Assembly (NCBI GenBank): GCA_045641785.1
Contig: JAZUHP010000108.1
Location: forward strand, 2,146-66,145
Origin: Bacteroidaceae bacterium
GTDB taxonomy: Bacteria > Bacteroidota > Bacteroidia > Bacteroidales > Bacteroidaceae
Reading direction: 5' to 3'
Length of the DNA: 64,000 nucleotides
This document shows, one piece after another, positions 49,226 to 57,624 of this stretch; positions within the stretch are counted from its first letter, which is position 1, and each line of letters starts with the position of its first letter. The notes beneath the pieces were generated by a model, which saw only the letters and a program-made list of their open reading frames with translations, did not search any database and was not told the DNA's origin. The position numbers and the translations under genes were made by a program.

Positions 49226-49406
49226 TTGTAATAGTTAGCGGGATATTTTAATAATTCAAGTTTTTGAAGTAGTTAAAATGAAGATAAAGAGAAGATACTT
49301 CAACAATAGGTTTTCTTTTGTTTTGCCTGTTTTTCAAAGGTTTTAATTACAGACCGCTTTGCGGTAATAATCCTGCAGCAACCTTATAACCAAAACGGCT
49401 ATTATC

Positions 49407-50339
49407 TTATCTCTCCGCTAAGTACTTCTCTGCCTCCATGGCTGCCTTACATCCACTACCGGCAGCAACGATTGCTTGACGATAAATAGGGTCAGCAACA
49501 TCACCTGCAGCAAACACACCAGGAATGTTAGTCTTTGGTGTAGCACCATCTGTGATGATGTAACCTGTCTCGTCTGTTGCAATCCATGGCTTGAACACAT
49601 CAGAATTTGGTTTGTGACCGATGGCAAGGAAGAAACCGTCAATAGGGAGATCATAGCGACGCTCATCTGCCTCACCCTTACGGAAAACAAGGTGTGCGCC
49701 CTCTACTCCATCATTACCAAAGAGACCTTCTGTATTTGTCTCATAGAGTATCTCAATCTTTGGATTCTGTTCAACACGATCCTGTAGAATCTTGCTTGCA
49801 CGCAGATAAGGTTTGCGAACAATGAGGTAAACCTTGCTTGCAAGACTTGCAAGATACTGTGCCTCACCACAAGCAGTATCACCACCACCTACTACAGCAA
49901 CCACCTTCTTGCGATAGAAGAAACCGTCACATGTAGCACAAGCACTCACACCCTGTCCCATGTATTTCTTCTCATCAGGAAGTCCAAGGAACTTTGCACT
50001 TGCACCTGTAGCAATGATTACAGCATCTGCTTCTACCTCTGAATCATCATCAAACGTAAACTTGTATGGTGACTGTGAGAGATCAGACTTCACACAGATG
50101 TGCTGACGTACCTCCACACCAAACTTGTCCACCTGTTCACGCATCAGATCCATAAGGTCACTACCCGACAACTCCTCTGGATGACCAGGGAAGTTCTCTA
50201 TTACGTCAGTAATTGTCAACTGTCCTCCTGGCTGTATTCCTTCATACAACACAGGATTAAGATTTGCACGACTTGCATAAATTGCAGCTGTGTAACCAGC
50301 AGGACCAGAACCTATAATTAAGCAACGAATGTGTTCCAT
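49407..50339 (-). CDS. trxB: thioredoxin-disulfide reductase
   Basis: Contains GSGPAGYTAA, the redox motif CATCDG and GGGDTA. Confidence 0.95.
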   Translation of the reverse strand: MEHIRCLIIGSGPAGYTAAIYASRANLNPVLYEGIQPGGQLTITDVIENFPGHPEELSGSDLMDLMREQVDKFGVEVRQHICVKSDLSQSPYKFTFDDDSEVEADAVIIATGASAKFLGLPDEKKYMGQGVSACATCDGFFYRKKVVAVVGGGDTACGEAQYLASLASKVYLIVRKPYLRASKILQDRVEQNPKIEILYETNTEGLFGNDGVEGAHLVFRKGEADERRYDLPIDGFFLAIGHKPNSDVFKPWIATDETGYIITDGATPKTNIPGVFAAGDVADPIYRQAIVAAGSGCKAAMEAEKYLAER

Positions 50340-50411
50340 TATATTATTTGACTATTTACAACTTGACTATTTTAACTCACGGAAAGCATAATAGGTCATC
50401 ATAACCTACCA

Positions 50412-50474
50412 CCCTAACCATTAACCATTAACCATTAACCGTTAACCATTAACCGTTAACCATTAACCGTTACC
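50412..50474. repeat. heptamer array ([a/g]ttaacc)n
   Basis: ccctaaccattaaccattaaccattaaccgttaaccattaaccgttaaccattaaccgttacc. Confidence 0.9.
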
Positions 50475-50478
50475 TTCA

Positions 50479-51087
50479 TCACCTCAAATCTATCACCTCA
50501 ACATTAGGATACTTCTTCTTGTCGAATGTAAAGATAGAAGCAGCAAACTTCTGGTTTGTCAGATAAGAACTAACCTTTATCTCCATAGAAGTCTTTGACT
50601 CCATCTTAATGTATGTTGGTTGATAACTCTTCTTTGAAAGACGAACAACGACACGAGTAAACTCACTTGCCTTCTGTCCGTTAAGGATGACCTCATACTC
50701 AGAGGCTGTCGACTTGCCCATCGTACACTTGTATCCTTTCTTATATAAGGAAAGGAAAGAATAAGGGTTCATCCTCGCCACCTCCTTTGCACTTGGATAA
50801 GACACATTCACCTCCTCGTTGTTCACAACATAGTTCCACAATGTCTTGCCATCGAACCATGTCATGACACCTCCAGCATTGAGATGAAACTTCTTGCCGG
50901 AAAGACTGATGTTACCACTGGCAGCACTTCCATTAACTGTTGCTGTGAAACCAATCTTCACATTTCCTGCCTTAGTAAATGCTGCCGAAGCCTTATCAAG
51001 AACCTTTACAGCATCATCTGCGGCAAACGCATTTGTTGTTGTAAACAAAGATACAAACAACATTATAAAGAAAATTACTTTTTTCAT
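50479..51087 (-). CDS. LolA-like outer-membrane lipoprotein carrier protein
   Basis: Signal peptide MKKVIFFIMLFVSLFTTTNAFA and size ~200 aa. The call rests on the LolA-like pattern and on the position after ftsK, which is conserved in Bacteroidetes as I remember it. Confidence 0.65.
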   Translation of the reverse strand: MKKVIFFIMLFVSLFTTTNAFAADDAVKVLDKASAAFTKAGNVKIGFTATVNGSAASGNISLSGKKFHLNAGGVMTWFDGKTLWNYVVNNEEVNVSYPSAKEVARMNPYSFLSLYKKGYKCTMGKSTASEYEVILNGQKASEFTRVVVRLSKKSYQPTYIKMESKTSMEIKVSSYLTNQKFAASIFTFDKKKYPNVEVIDLR

Positions 51088-51093
51088 CACATC

Positions 51094-51270
51094 TAATAAT
51101 TAATAATTAACAATTAATAATTAACATGCCTCCGGATAGTAGTTCCAAACATTAACCGTTAAACATTAAACACTAACCGTTAAACATTAACCGTTAAGCA
51201 TTAAACATTAACCGTTAAACATTAAACACTAACCGTTAAACATTAAACGTTAAGCATTAACCGTTAACCC
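51094..51270. repeat. the lolA-ftsK spacer is made entirely of repeats: family B (reverse, 51094-51135) plus a 56-bp unit duplicated in tandem
   Basis: The units at 51147-51202 and 51203-51258 differ at one position. The words used are aaacattaaccgtt, aaacattaaacactaaccgtt and aaacattaaccgttaagcatt. Confidence 0.9.
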
Positions 51271-51287
51271 ATCAACTATCCATTAGA

Positions 51288-54038
51288 CTAATGTAAATCC
51301 AAATTGATTAATAGGCTATCAAGAGTTACCATATCCTGAATAAGAACCTGACGAGGTTTTGAACCTACCTGTGCACCTACAACACCCATCTTTTCCAACT
51401 GATCCATGATCTTGCCGGCACGGTTATAGCCGATAGAATAGTTACGCTGAATCATGGAAGTAGATCCCTGCTGTGAACTAACCACAAACTTGGCAACCTC
51501 AGCAAAGAGAGGGTCAAGATGCTTTGAATCCACAGAACCAGAACCACCCATCATATCATCACCACCTTCAGTTGGCACATCAGGGAGATAGAGTGGATGG
51601 AGATATGACTGCTGGCGAGCAATATGATGACAGATGTCGCTTACCTCAGGAGTATCGACAAACGCACACTGCACACGCACAGGTTCTGCACCATTGAGGA
51701 AGAGCATATCACCCTTACCGATGAGCTGGTTAGCACCAGAACGGTCAAGGATAACACGTGAATCCATCATAGAACTAACCTTGAATGCGATACGTGTTGG
51801 GAAGTTTGTCTTGATTGCACCAGAGATGATGCTCGCCTGTGGTCGCTGAGTTGCGATGATCATGTGAATACCAACGGCACGCGCAAGCTGTGCAATACGA
51901 CAGATAGGAAGTTCAACCTCCTTACCTGCAGTCATGATAAGGTCACCAAACTCATCGACGATAACCACGATATAAGGCATAAACTCATGTCCATTCTCAG
52001 GATTTAGTTTACGTTCCTTAAACTTGGCATTGTATTCCTTGATGTTACGAACTCCTGCCTTCTTAAGGAGGTCATAACGTGAATCCATAAGTACACAGAG
52101 AGAGTTGAGAGTCTTCACAACCTTCTGTACGTCAGTAATGATACAATCCTCTTCCTCTTCAAGACGAGCGAGGAAGTGGTTCTCGATAGGAGAATAGATA
52201 CTGAACTCAACCTTCTTAGGGTCAACCATCACAATCTTAAGCTCTGACGGATGCTTCTTATAGAGAAGCGAAGTCACGATTGCATTAAGACCAACAGATT
52301 TACCCTGACCTGTAGCACCGGCAACAAGAAGGTGTGGAGCCTTGGCAAGGTCAAACATGAACACCTCATTAGAGATGGTCTTACCAACAGCACAAGGAAG
52401 ATCCATTGTACTCTCCTGATAGATACGGCTGTTGATGATGCTCTCCATTGACACGATACACTTCTTCTTGTTAGGTACCTCAATACCTATTGTACCCTTA
52501 CCTGGAATAGGAGCAATGATACGAATACCCTCTGCAGCAAGAGAGAGAGCAATATCATCCTCAAGGTTACGTATCTTACTTATTCGTGTACCTTCTGCAG
52601 GTACGATCTCATAGAGAGTGATTGTAGGACCTATGGTTGCCTTGATACTTGCGATATCCACGCCAAAGGTCTTCATCACATGGATGATACGATCCTTATT
52701 TGCCTGCTGTTCTGCCATATCGATTGATGGTGCAGAACTATTATCCATCTTGGCAAGAAGGTCTGTGGTAGGATACTTATATGTTTCAAGATCCAGATGC
52801 GGATCATATGGAGTATCAAGATCAACACCTCTTATAATCTCACCCGAACCAAGTTCTGTCTGTGCAACTGTTACATCAAGACTAAGGGAGTCATCATCAT
52901 TGACTTCCTCCCCTACCCTACTTGTATCTTCGGTTGAAGTCTCAGAGATAAGGTCATCACCTTCAAATGTCAATGTAACACCTTCCGAGTCGTCTTCAGA
53001 ACTATCGTCACTACCCTGCATTCCTGCAGCATTAAGTGCAGAGAGAGCATTTGCAATGGCCAATTCCTCATCGTCAGGAGTTATAGCAACCTCCGAACTT
53101 TCTTCCTCGACCACTACATCATTATCGTCTACAGAAACAGGCTCCTCTTCGTTGCCAAGTTCTTCTGTGCCCTCATCTTCTTCATTTGATTCGTCTAATG
53201 AAGCACCCTCTTCTTCGTCAACATCTGCACTATCATCAGCAACATCTTCTTCCTCGTCCGCATTTGCTGCTTCAGCCTTTGCTGCTTCCTCTGCAGCCTT
53301 TGCCTTTTCCGCAAGTTCTGCAGCTACTCTCGCAGCTTCTGCCTTAAGTCGACGCTTCTCCTGCAACTTCTTCAGGAAGCTAAAACGGAAGAAACCACGA
53401 ATAACCTCAATGGTTTTGGAACTAATATAAATAAGGAAGAGAACAGCGGTAAACATAAGTGTACACATTATTCCAGGAACACCCACATACCCACTCATTG
53501 CCTTTATTACCTTTATTCCATGCATACCGCCAAGCTTGAGGAACGAGATGTCAAGATAAGGTATGTATGTTCCTATAAAAGCAAGACACACACTCAACCA
53601 TATCATGAAGAGAGAGCAAAAGATAAACTTCTTTACGAGAGTTATCTTAAAGACATCCATCAACCTGAATCCTACTAGAATGAGGAATGGAGGTATGATG
53701 AAAGAAGCAAGTCCAAAGCAGTTGTTGAGGAAGAAGAATGCAGTTTCAGCACCAATCGAACCACACACATTCTTTATGTCATGAGCGTCATAATCCTTAT
53801 TGCTGTCAAGCAAAGAATAATCAGCATCACCTGTAAACAGGTACGAAACGAATGCGATGATTAGGAATAGTGCAAAGAACACAAGAGCAAAGCCTATTCC
53901 AAAAAAGGATAGACTTTGCTTTCCGACACCCTCGTATGCATTGATAACCGAAGAACCATCATCCACCTCCGGTTTCAATTTGCTTTTACTTTGAGTTGAT
54001 TTCTTTGTAGTCTGTTTAGTGGCCATTAAAGTTAGCAC
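51288..54038 (-). CDS. ftsK: DNA translocase FtsK
   Basis: N-terminal TM helices, a long acidic linker, a motor domain with Walker A GATGQGKS, and a C-terminal gamma winged-helix domain. An alternative start is at 54026. Confidence 0.95.
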   Translation of the reverse strand: MLTLMATKQTTKKSTQSKSKLKPEVDDGSSVINAYEGVGKQSLSFFGIGFALVFFALFLIIAFVSYLFTGDADYSLLDSNKDYDAHDIKNVCGSIGAETAFFFLNNCFGLASFIIPPFLILVGFRLMDVFKITLVKKFIFCSLFMIWLSVCLAFIGTYIPYLDISFLKLGGMHGIKVIKAMSGYVGVPGIMCTLMFTAVLFLIYISSKTIEVIRGFFRFSFLKKLQEKRRLKAEAARVAAELAEKAKAAEEAAKAEAANADEEEDVADDSADVDEEEGASLDESNEEDEGTEELGNEEEPVSVDDNDVVVEEESSEVAITPDDEELAIANALSALNAAGMQGSDDSSEDDSEGVTLTFEGDDLISETSTEDTSRVGEEVNDDDSLSLDVTVAQTELGSGEIIRGVDLDTPYDPHLDLETYKYPTTDLLAKMDNSSAPSIDMAEQQANKDRIIHVMKTFGVDIASIKATIGPTITLYEIVPAEGTRISKIRNLEDDIALSLAAEGIRIIAPIPGKGTIGIEVPNKKKCIVSMESIINSRIYQESTMDLPCAVGKTISNEVFMFDLAKAPHLLVAGATGQGKSVGLNAIVTSLLYKKHPSELKIVMVDPKKVEFSIYSPIENHFLARLEEEEDCIITDVQKVVKTLNSLCVLMDSRYDLLKKAGVRNIKEYNAKFKERKLNPENGHEFMPYIVVIVDEFGDLIMTAGKEVELPICRIAQLARAVGIHMIIATQRPQASIISGAIKTNFPTRIAFKVSSMMDSRVILDRSGANQLIGKGDMLFLNGAEPVRVQCAFVDTPEVSDICHHIARQQSYLHPLYLPDVPTEGGDDMMGGSGSVDSKHLDPLFAEVAKFVVSSQQGSTSMIQRNYSIGYNRAGKIMDQLEKMGVVGAQVGSKPRQVLIQDMVTLDSLLINLDLH

Positions 54039-54928
54039 TTAATGTTAAGTTCCTTCACAATTGCGCTTATCTCACCCATTGTAGTGATACGAGCAGGCAC
54101 AAGAGGAAGACGAAGTTCGTTTTCGATAAGACCCATACTGTTAAGCATAGCCTTAACACCAGCAGGGTTACCATCAACGAATAAAAGTTTGAAAAGTTCT
54201 GTAAACTTATGGTGAATAACCAAAGCATTCTGATAGTCGCCATTGAGAGCAAGACGAACCATACGGCTGAACTCCTTAGGAAGTGCATTACCGATAACTG
54301 AGATAACACCAGCAGCACCAAGAGTGATAAGTGGGAATGTTATTCCGTCATCACCTGAGATGACATCGAAGTCAGCAGGCTTGTTCTTGATGATATCATC
54401 AATCTGAGTGAAGTTACCACTTGCCTCCTTGATTGCTACGATATTCTCACAGTCGCGAGCAAGACGGAGAGTTGTCTCTGCTGTCATGTTCACACCCACA
54501 CGACCTGGTACATTGTAGAGAACCACAGGTACAGGACTTGCCTTAGCAATAGCCTTGAAGTGCTGGTAGAGGCCTTCCTGTGAAGGTTTATTATAATAAG
54601 GACAAACACTAAGGATACCATCAATACCCTTGAAGTTTGTGTTCTTTATAGTCTCAATAACAGCAGCAGTATTGTTGCCACCCATACCAAGAAGTACAGG
54701 GATATTCTGTCCCTGAACCTTCTCCTGAACAATATCAATGATATTTTGCTTCTCTTCTGCAGTAAGACATGGCGTCTCACCTGTTGTTGCAAGTATACAG
54801 AGGAAATCTATTCCGTTTGAAATCTGATAATCCAAAAGACGGCGAAGAGCGGTATAATCAACAGCACCCTCACTCGTAAAGGGAGTAATAAGTGCTACGC
54901 CCAAGCCAGTAAATTTGTTTCGTGACAT
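54032..54928 (-). CDS. dapA: 4-hydroxy-tetrahydrodipicolinate synthase
   Basis: 298 aa with the GTTGE motif and the Schiff-base lysine context AIKEASG. Confidence 0.95.
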   Translation of the reverse strand: MSRNKFTGLGVALITPFTSEGAVDYTALRRLLDYQISNGIDFLCILATTGETPCLTAEEKQNIIDIVQEKVQGQNIPVLLGMGGNNTAAVIETIKNTNFKGIDGILSVCPYYNKPSQEGLYQHFKAIAKASPVPVVLYNVPGRVGVNMTAETTLRLARDCENIVAIKEASGNFTQIDDIIKNKPADFDVISGDDGITFPLITLGAAGVISVIGNALPKEFSRMVRLALNGDYQNALVIHHKFTELFKLLFVDGNPAGVKAMLNSMGLIENELRLPLVPARITTMGEISAIVKELNIKC

Positions 54929-54960
54929 ATTTTATTTGTTTGTTGTTTCTATTTTGAGTG

Positions 54961-54968
54961 CAAAAATA
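54961..54968 (-). promoter_or_regulatory. -7 promoter box (TAttTTTG) for dapA
   Basis: Exact TAnnTTTG on the minus strand, 33 nt upstream of ATG 54928. Confidence 0.5.
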
Positions 54969-55124
54969 CGAAATTATAATGAAACTGCCGATATTTTTAC
55001 ATAATTTTTATTTTGCTATAAACAACATCGCTTTTTACTGCATTAACATTCACGCAAACATTATAAGTAAGTTATCATAAATATTTATAATTAAGTTTCG
55101 CTACAGCTTTACTTCCTGTACCTA

Positions 55125-55167
55125 AGAAGTTAAAAGGAGTTAGGAGAAGTTAAAAGACAAATGATTG
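55125..55167 (-). repeat. family A repeat copy (reverse orientation)
   Basis: aagaagttaaaaggagttaggagaagttaaaagacaaatgattg. The 16-mer at 55152-55167 is the exact reverse complement of 4310-4325. Confidence 0.8.
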
Positions 55168-55346
55168 CTCGCGAAAATAATTAACGCTATCTCTATGAAC
55201 TTAATCGCACATGGCGCGACATGTTACCTCGTGACGCAACAATTGCCGTATCACGATAAAGTAAAAATCCACGAGAATTGTGACAAACATTTTTTAATAA
55301 TTTTGTAACGAAGATTTGATACCAAGTGCGTATCTTTGCACCTAGA

Positions 55347-55390
55347 TAAAAAAAAGAGCCATGCCAGCACATCGACTGACAAGGCTCTTT
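55347..55390 (-). terminator. rho-independent terminator ending the islet operon
   Basis: On the minus strand, an agagcc...ggctct stem is followed by T8. It lies 30 nt downstream of the stop of the 125-aa gene. Confidence 0.65.
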
Positions 55391-55421
55391 ACTTATTGTT
55401 TGGAATATCAAAGCGTAAGAT

Positions 55422-55799
55422 TTACTTCACGACAACTTTCTTGCCACCCTTGATATAGATACCATTAGTTGGTTTCTGGATGCGTCTGCCTTTAAGGTCA
55501 TAGATGGCATCATTTTGGGCTTTAGGTGCAATGGTGTTTACGGCATTCACCTGTTCCTGCTCCTTCTCCTCTACCCTTTTTATACGGATAACCACTCTCT
55601 CATCAAGAGAGAACTTAGTGGCACTTGTTCCATCCGTGAAGGTGTTCCCTGTTGCACCAATCACAAACTTAGGACTATTATTAAGCGGCAGTTCTGCCTG
55701 TTTTGCTTTTGATACAGCCTCTACCATAGGCTGTTCCTGTGCCTTTGCCGACAAAACTGTTGTCAGCAGGGCTGTCATAAGAAATATCTTTGTATTCAT
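55422..55799 (-). CDS. 125-aa secreted protein that is little more than a signal peptide plus a T9SS-type C-terminal sorting domain
   Basis: Signal peptide MNTKIFLMTALLTTVLSAKAQ. The C-terminus is AIYDLKGRRIQKPTNGIYIKGGKKVVVK. Confidence 0.55.
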   Translation of the reverse strand: MNTKIFLMTALLTTVLSAKAQEQPMVEAVSKAKQAELPLNNSPKFVIGATGNTFTDGTSATKFSLDERVVIRIKRVEEKEQEQVNAVNTIAPKAQNDAIYDLKGRRIQKPTNGIYIKGGKKVVVK

Positions 55800-55853
55800 A
55801 ACTTGATTCTTGATATGTTTTGCTAATGTGAATTATTTATAAAATGGCAAATA

Positions 55854-56032
55854 TCATACAGCGCCGTTCCAATCAATTTCGATTGCGTTGACGAAGGGAT
55901 TGATACCCAATACAGACGCCATTTCAAAATCATTACTCGATCCATGCTTGTCCCAAATGTACCAGAACCAGGTGTATCTACTAAATTACCGAATTCAATA
56001 TTTGTATTCGGAAATGTATATTTATATGCCAT
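55854..56032 (-). pseudogene. frameshifted paralog (B2) of the 60-aa MAYxYT...EIDWNGAV protein
   Basis: The N-terminus MAYKYTFPNTNIEFGNL is in one frame. The conserved C-terminus NDFEMASVLGINPFVNAIEIDWNGAV-stop is in another. There are 10 extra nt relative to B1 before the conserved block. Confidence 0.6.
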
Positions 56033-56050
56033 TTATATGTTTTTATATTT

Positions 56051-56521
56051 TTATTGTTTTTTCTTTATATTTAAATAATCCATTTCATAAATTCCATCTT
56101 TTGATGTAAGTATTCTGTACAATACTCCACCTATTGTCTTTGACGTCTCAGAGAATTGGTCAGCAACAATATCTGTTCCTAAATTATCATATAAAGACAG
56201 ACCATTTGGTAAAATAAAATAGAACGTATCTTTACTTACTTTTGAATTAACAAGTTCATTACCAGAAGTTGCAAAATTATAGGAGAACCCAGAAATTGAT
56301 GTTCCTATCAAAGTTCCGTTGTCCGCCAACTCTTCTTCAGTTTCTGGACATTTCCAACCTGCGTAATAGTAATATACTGGTTTTACCTCCACGCTTTTTA
56401 CTTCGCTGGCAGGATATTCCTTAACTACGACACCATCTTTATACACCTGTATTGTCTGTGCCTGAATAGTAAACGCCATCATCATCAAGATGGCAGAAAG
56501 TATGAATTTAATTGTTTTCAT
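56051..56521 (-). CDS. secreted 156-aa protein A2 (paralog of A1), unknown family
   Basis: The signal peptide ends TIQAQ. It shares the motif YYYAGWKCPETEEELA with A1. Confidence 0.6.
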   Translation of the reverse strand: MKTIKFILSAILMMMAFTIQAQTIQVYKDGVVVKEYPASEVKSVEVKPVYYYYAGWKCPETEEELADNGTLIGTSISGFSYNFATSGNELVNSKVSKDTFYFILPNGLSLYDNLGTDIVADQFSETSKTIGGVLYRILTSKDGIYEMDYLNIKKKQ

Positions 56522-56569
56522 ATTGCTTGTTTTTCAAGATTATTCATTTTTATATATTATACATTTCTC

Positions 56570-56752
56570 TTATAATGGCAAATACCTAACAGCGCCGTTC
56601 CAATCAATTTCGACTGCGTTGACGAAGGGTGTTATACCTAATTGTTCTGCGTATTGAAAATTATTATACGTTGGTTTATAGTTTAATTTTGTTAACCCTG
56701 AAGCAGGTAAATTGTTGAAATCTATACTGTCTTTTGTATATGAATATGCCAT
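56570..56752 (-). CDS. 60-aa leaderless protein B1 (MAYSYT...PFVNAVEIDWNGAVRYLPL), unknown family
   Basis: Intact ORF 21 nt after the A1 stop. Its 3-prime 65 nt are 89% identical to the B2 copy. Confidence 0.5.
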   Translation of the reverse strand: MAYSYTKDSIDFNNLPASGLTKLNYKPTYNNFQYAEQLGITPFVNAVEIDWNGAVRYLPL

Positions 56753-56773
56753 TTGTTAATATGTTATATATTT

Positions 56774-57280
56774 TTAATATAATTGTATACCTGAAACATT
56801 ATATTGGCCATCTCTTGATTTATATATTTTATAATTATCAATCTTAATTGATATGTAATCTTCGAAAGATGTATTATTTAATGGAACATTTGGTAACGTT
56901 ACATCATAAATATTAATTCCATTAGGAACAACAATATAGTAAGGATCTAATTGAATACCATTAGGATTAATAATGTCTGTTACAATATTCAATAATGTGT
57001 TTGTTGAAGAATAACCTGTTAATTTTGTTGTTGTTCCACCAATAGCATTTGTTCCATCAGCATTTGCAACTAATTCCGCCAATTCTTCTTCAGTTTTTGG
57101 ACATTCCCAACCTGCGTAATAGTAAAATTTAGGGGCAGGTTTATACACCACGCTATCCACTTCGTTTGGTTTGAATACTTCGACGGTGCCATCGGTTTTA
57201 GTAATCTCTACTTGCTGCGCATGGACAGCCATACCGAGCATCAGAAATAGTGATGCAATGAAAAGTTTTAGATGTTTCAT
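56774..57280 (-). CDS. secreted 168-aa protein A1, unknown family
   Basis: The signal peptide ends AVHAQ. Motif YYYAGWECPKTEEELA. Confidence 0.6.
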   Translation of the reverse strand: MKHLKLFIASLFLMLGMAVHAQQVEITKTDGTVEVFKPNEVDSVVYKPAPKFYYYAGWECPKTEEELAELVANADGTNAIGGTTTKLTGYSSTNTLLNIVTDIINPNGIQLDPYYIVVPNGINIYDVTLPNVPLNNTSFEDYISIKIDNYKIYKSRDGQYNVSGIQLY

Positions 57281-57349
57281 AATCTGTTAGAATTTAGAAT
57301 TATGGTTAATAGAAATATTTATGGCTAATTCTATCTCACAGATTCGCAC

Positions 57350-57600
57350 AAAAAAAAGGCGGAACTGCTCGATTGCTTTTCCGTCACAAAGGCACCGCCA
57401 AGCGCCCTACTCAAAGAAAAGCACGAACAGTCCACGCCCTATGAGGACGTGAACCTTCCGTCGCTTGTTCTCATGTGTTTGAAATTGGCGGTTTCGTAAG
57501 GTGAGAACAAGGACCTAAGTCCAAGTTATATTATGTCTTGACCTACTGCACAGCTCTGCTATACAGCCCTGGTCGGAAGATTTCTATGTTTTGTTTATAT
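57350..57600 (-). ncRNA. candidate structured 5-prime leader or sRNA (minus strand) preceding the A/B module operon
   Basis: No ORF in any frame and visibly higher GC than other spacers. A 10-bp helix joins 57464-57473 and 57502-57511. An 8-bp hairpin at 57433-57451 has a G-U pair that is valid only on the minus strand. A terminal hairpin at 57358-57385 is followed by U8. No promoter box lies between it and the A1 ATG. Confidence 0.4.
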
Positions 57601-57624
57601 CATTGGCAAAATGAATTATTTGTT

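Noticed and set aside
52618-53430. 270-aa Ser-rich ORF on the plus strand.
   Set aside because: It is the antisense reading of the acidic (Glu/Asp/Ala) linker of FtsK. GAN/GCN codon repeats give open Ser-rich frames on the complement.
55193-55411. 72-aa ORF on the minus strand between dapA and the islet operon.
   Set aside because: It spans the operon terminator and a promoter-like box. It has no start context and no recognisable sequence features.
57281-57624. Known housekeeping RNA (6S, SRP, tmRNA, RNase P), or a retron or group II intron fragment, in the structured spacer.
   Set aside because: I found no matching conserved motif. There is no SRP GNAR/AGCA tetraloop helix, no tmRNA tag ORF and no RNase P P4 sequence. 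No reverse transcriptase is nearby. The location inside an accessory islet also argues against a core RNA. It stays listed as an unclassified candidate.
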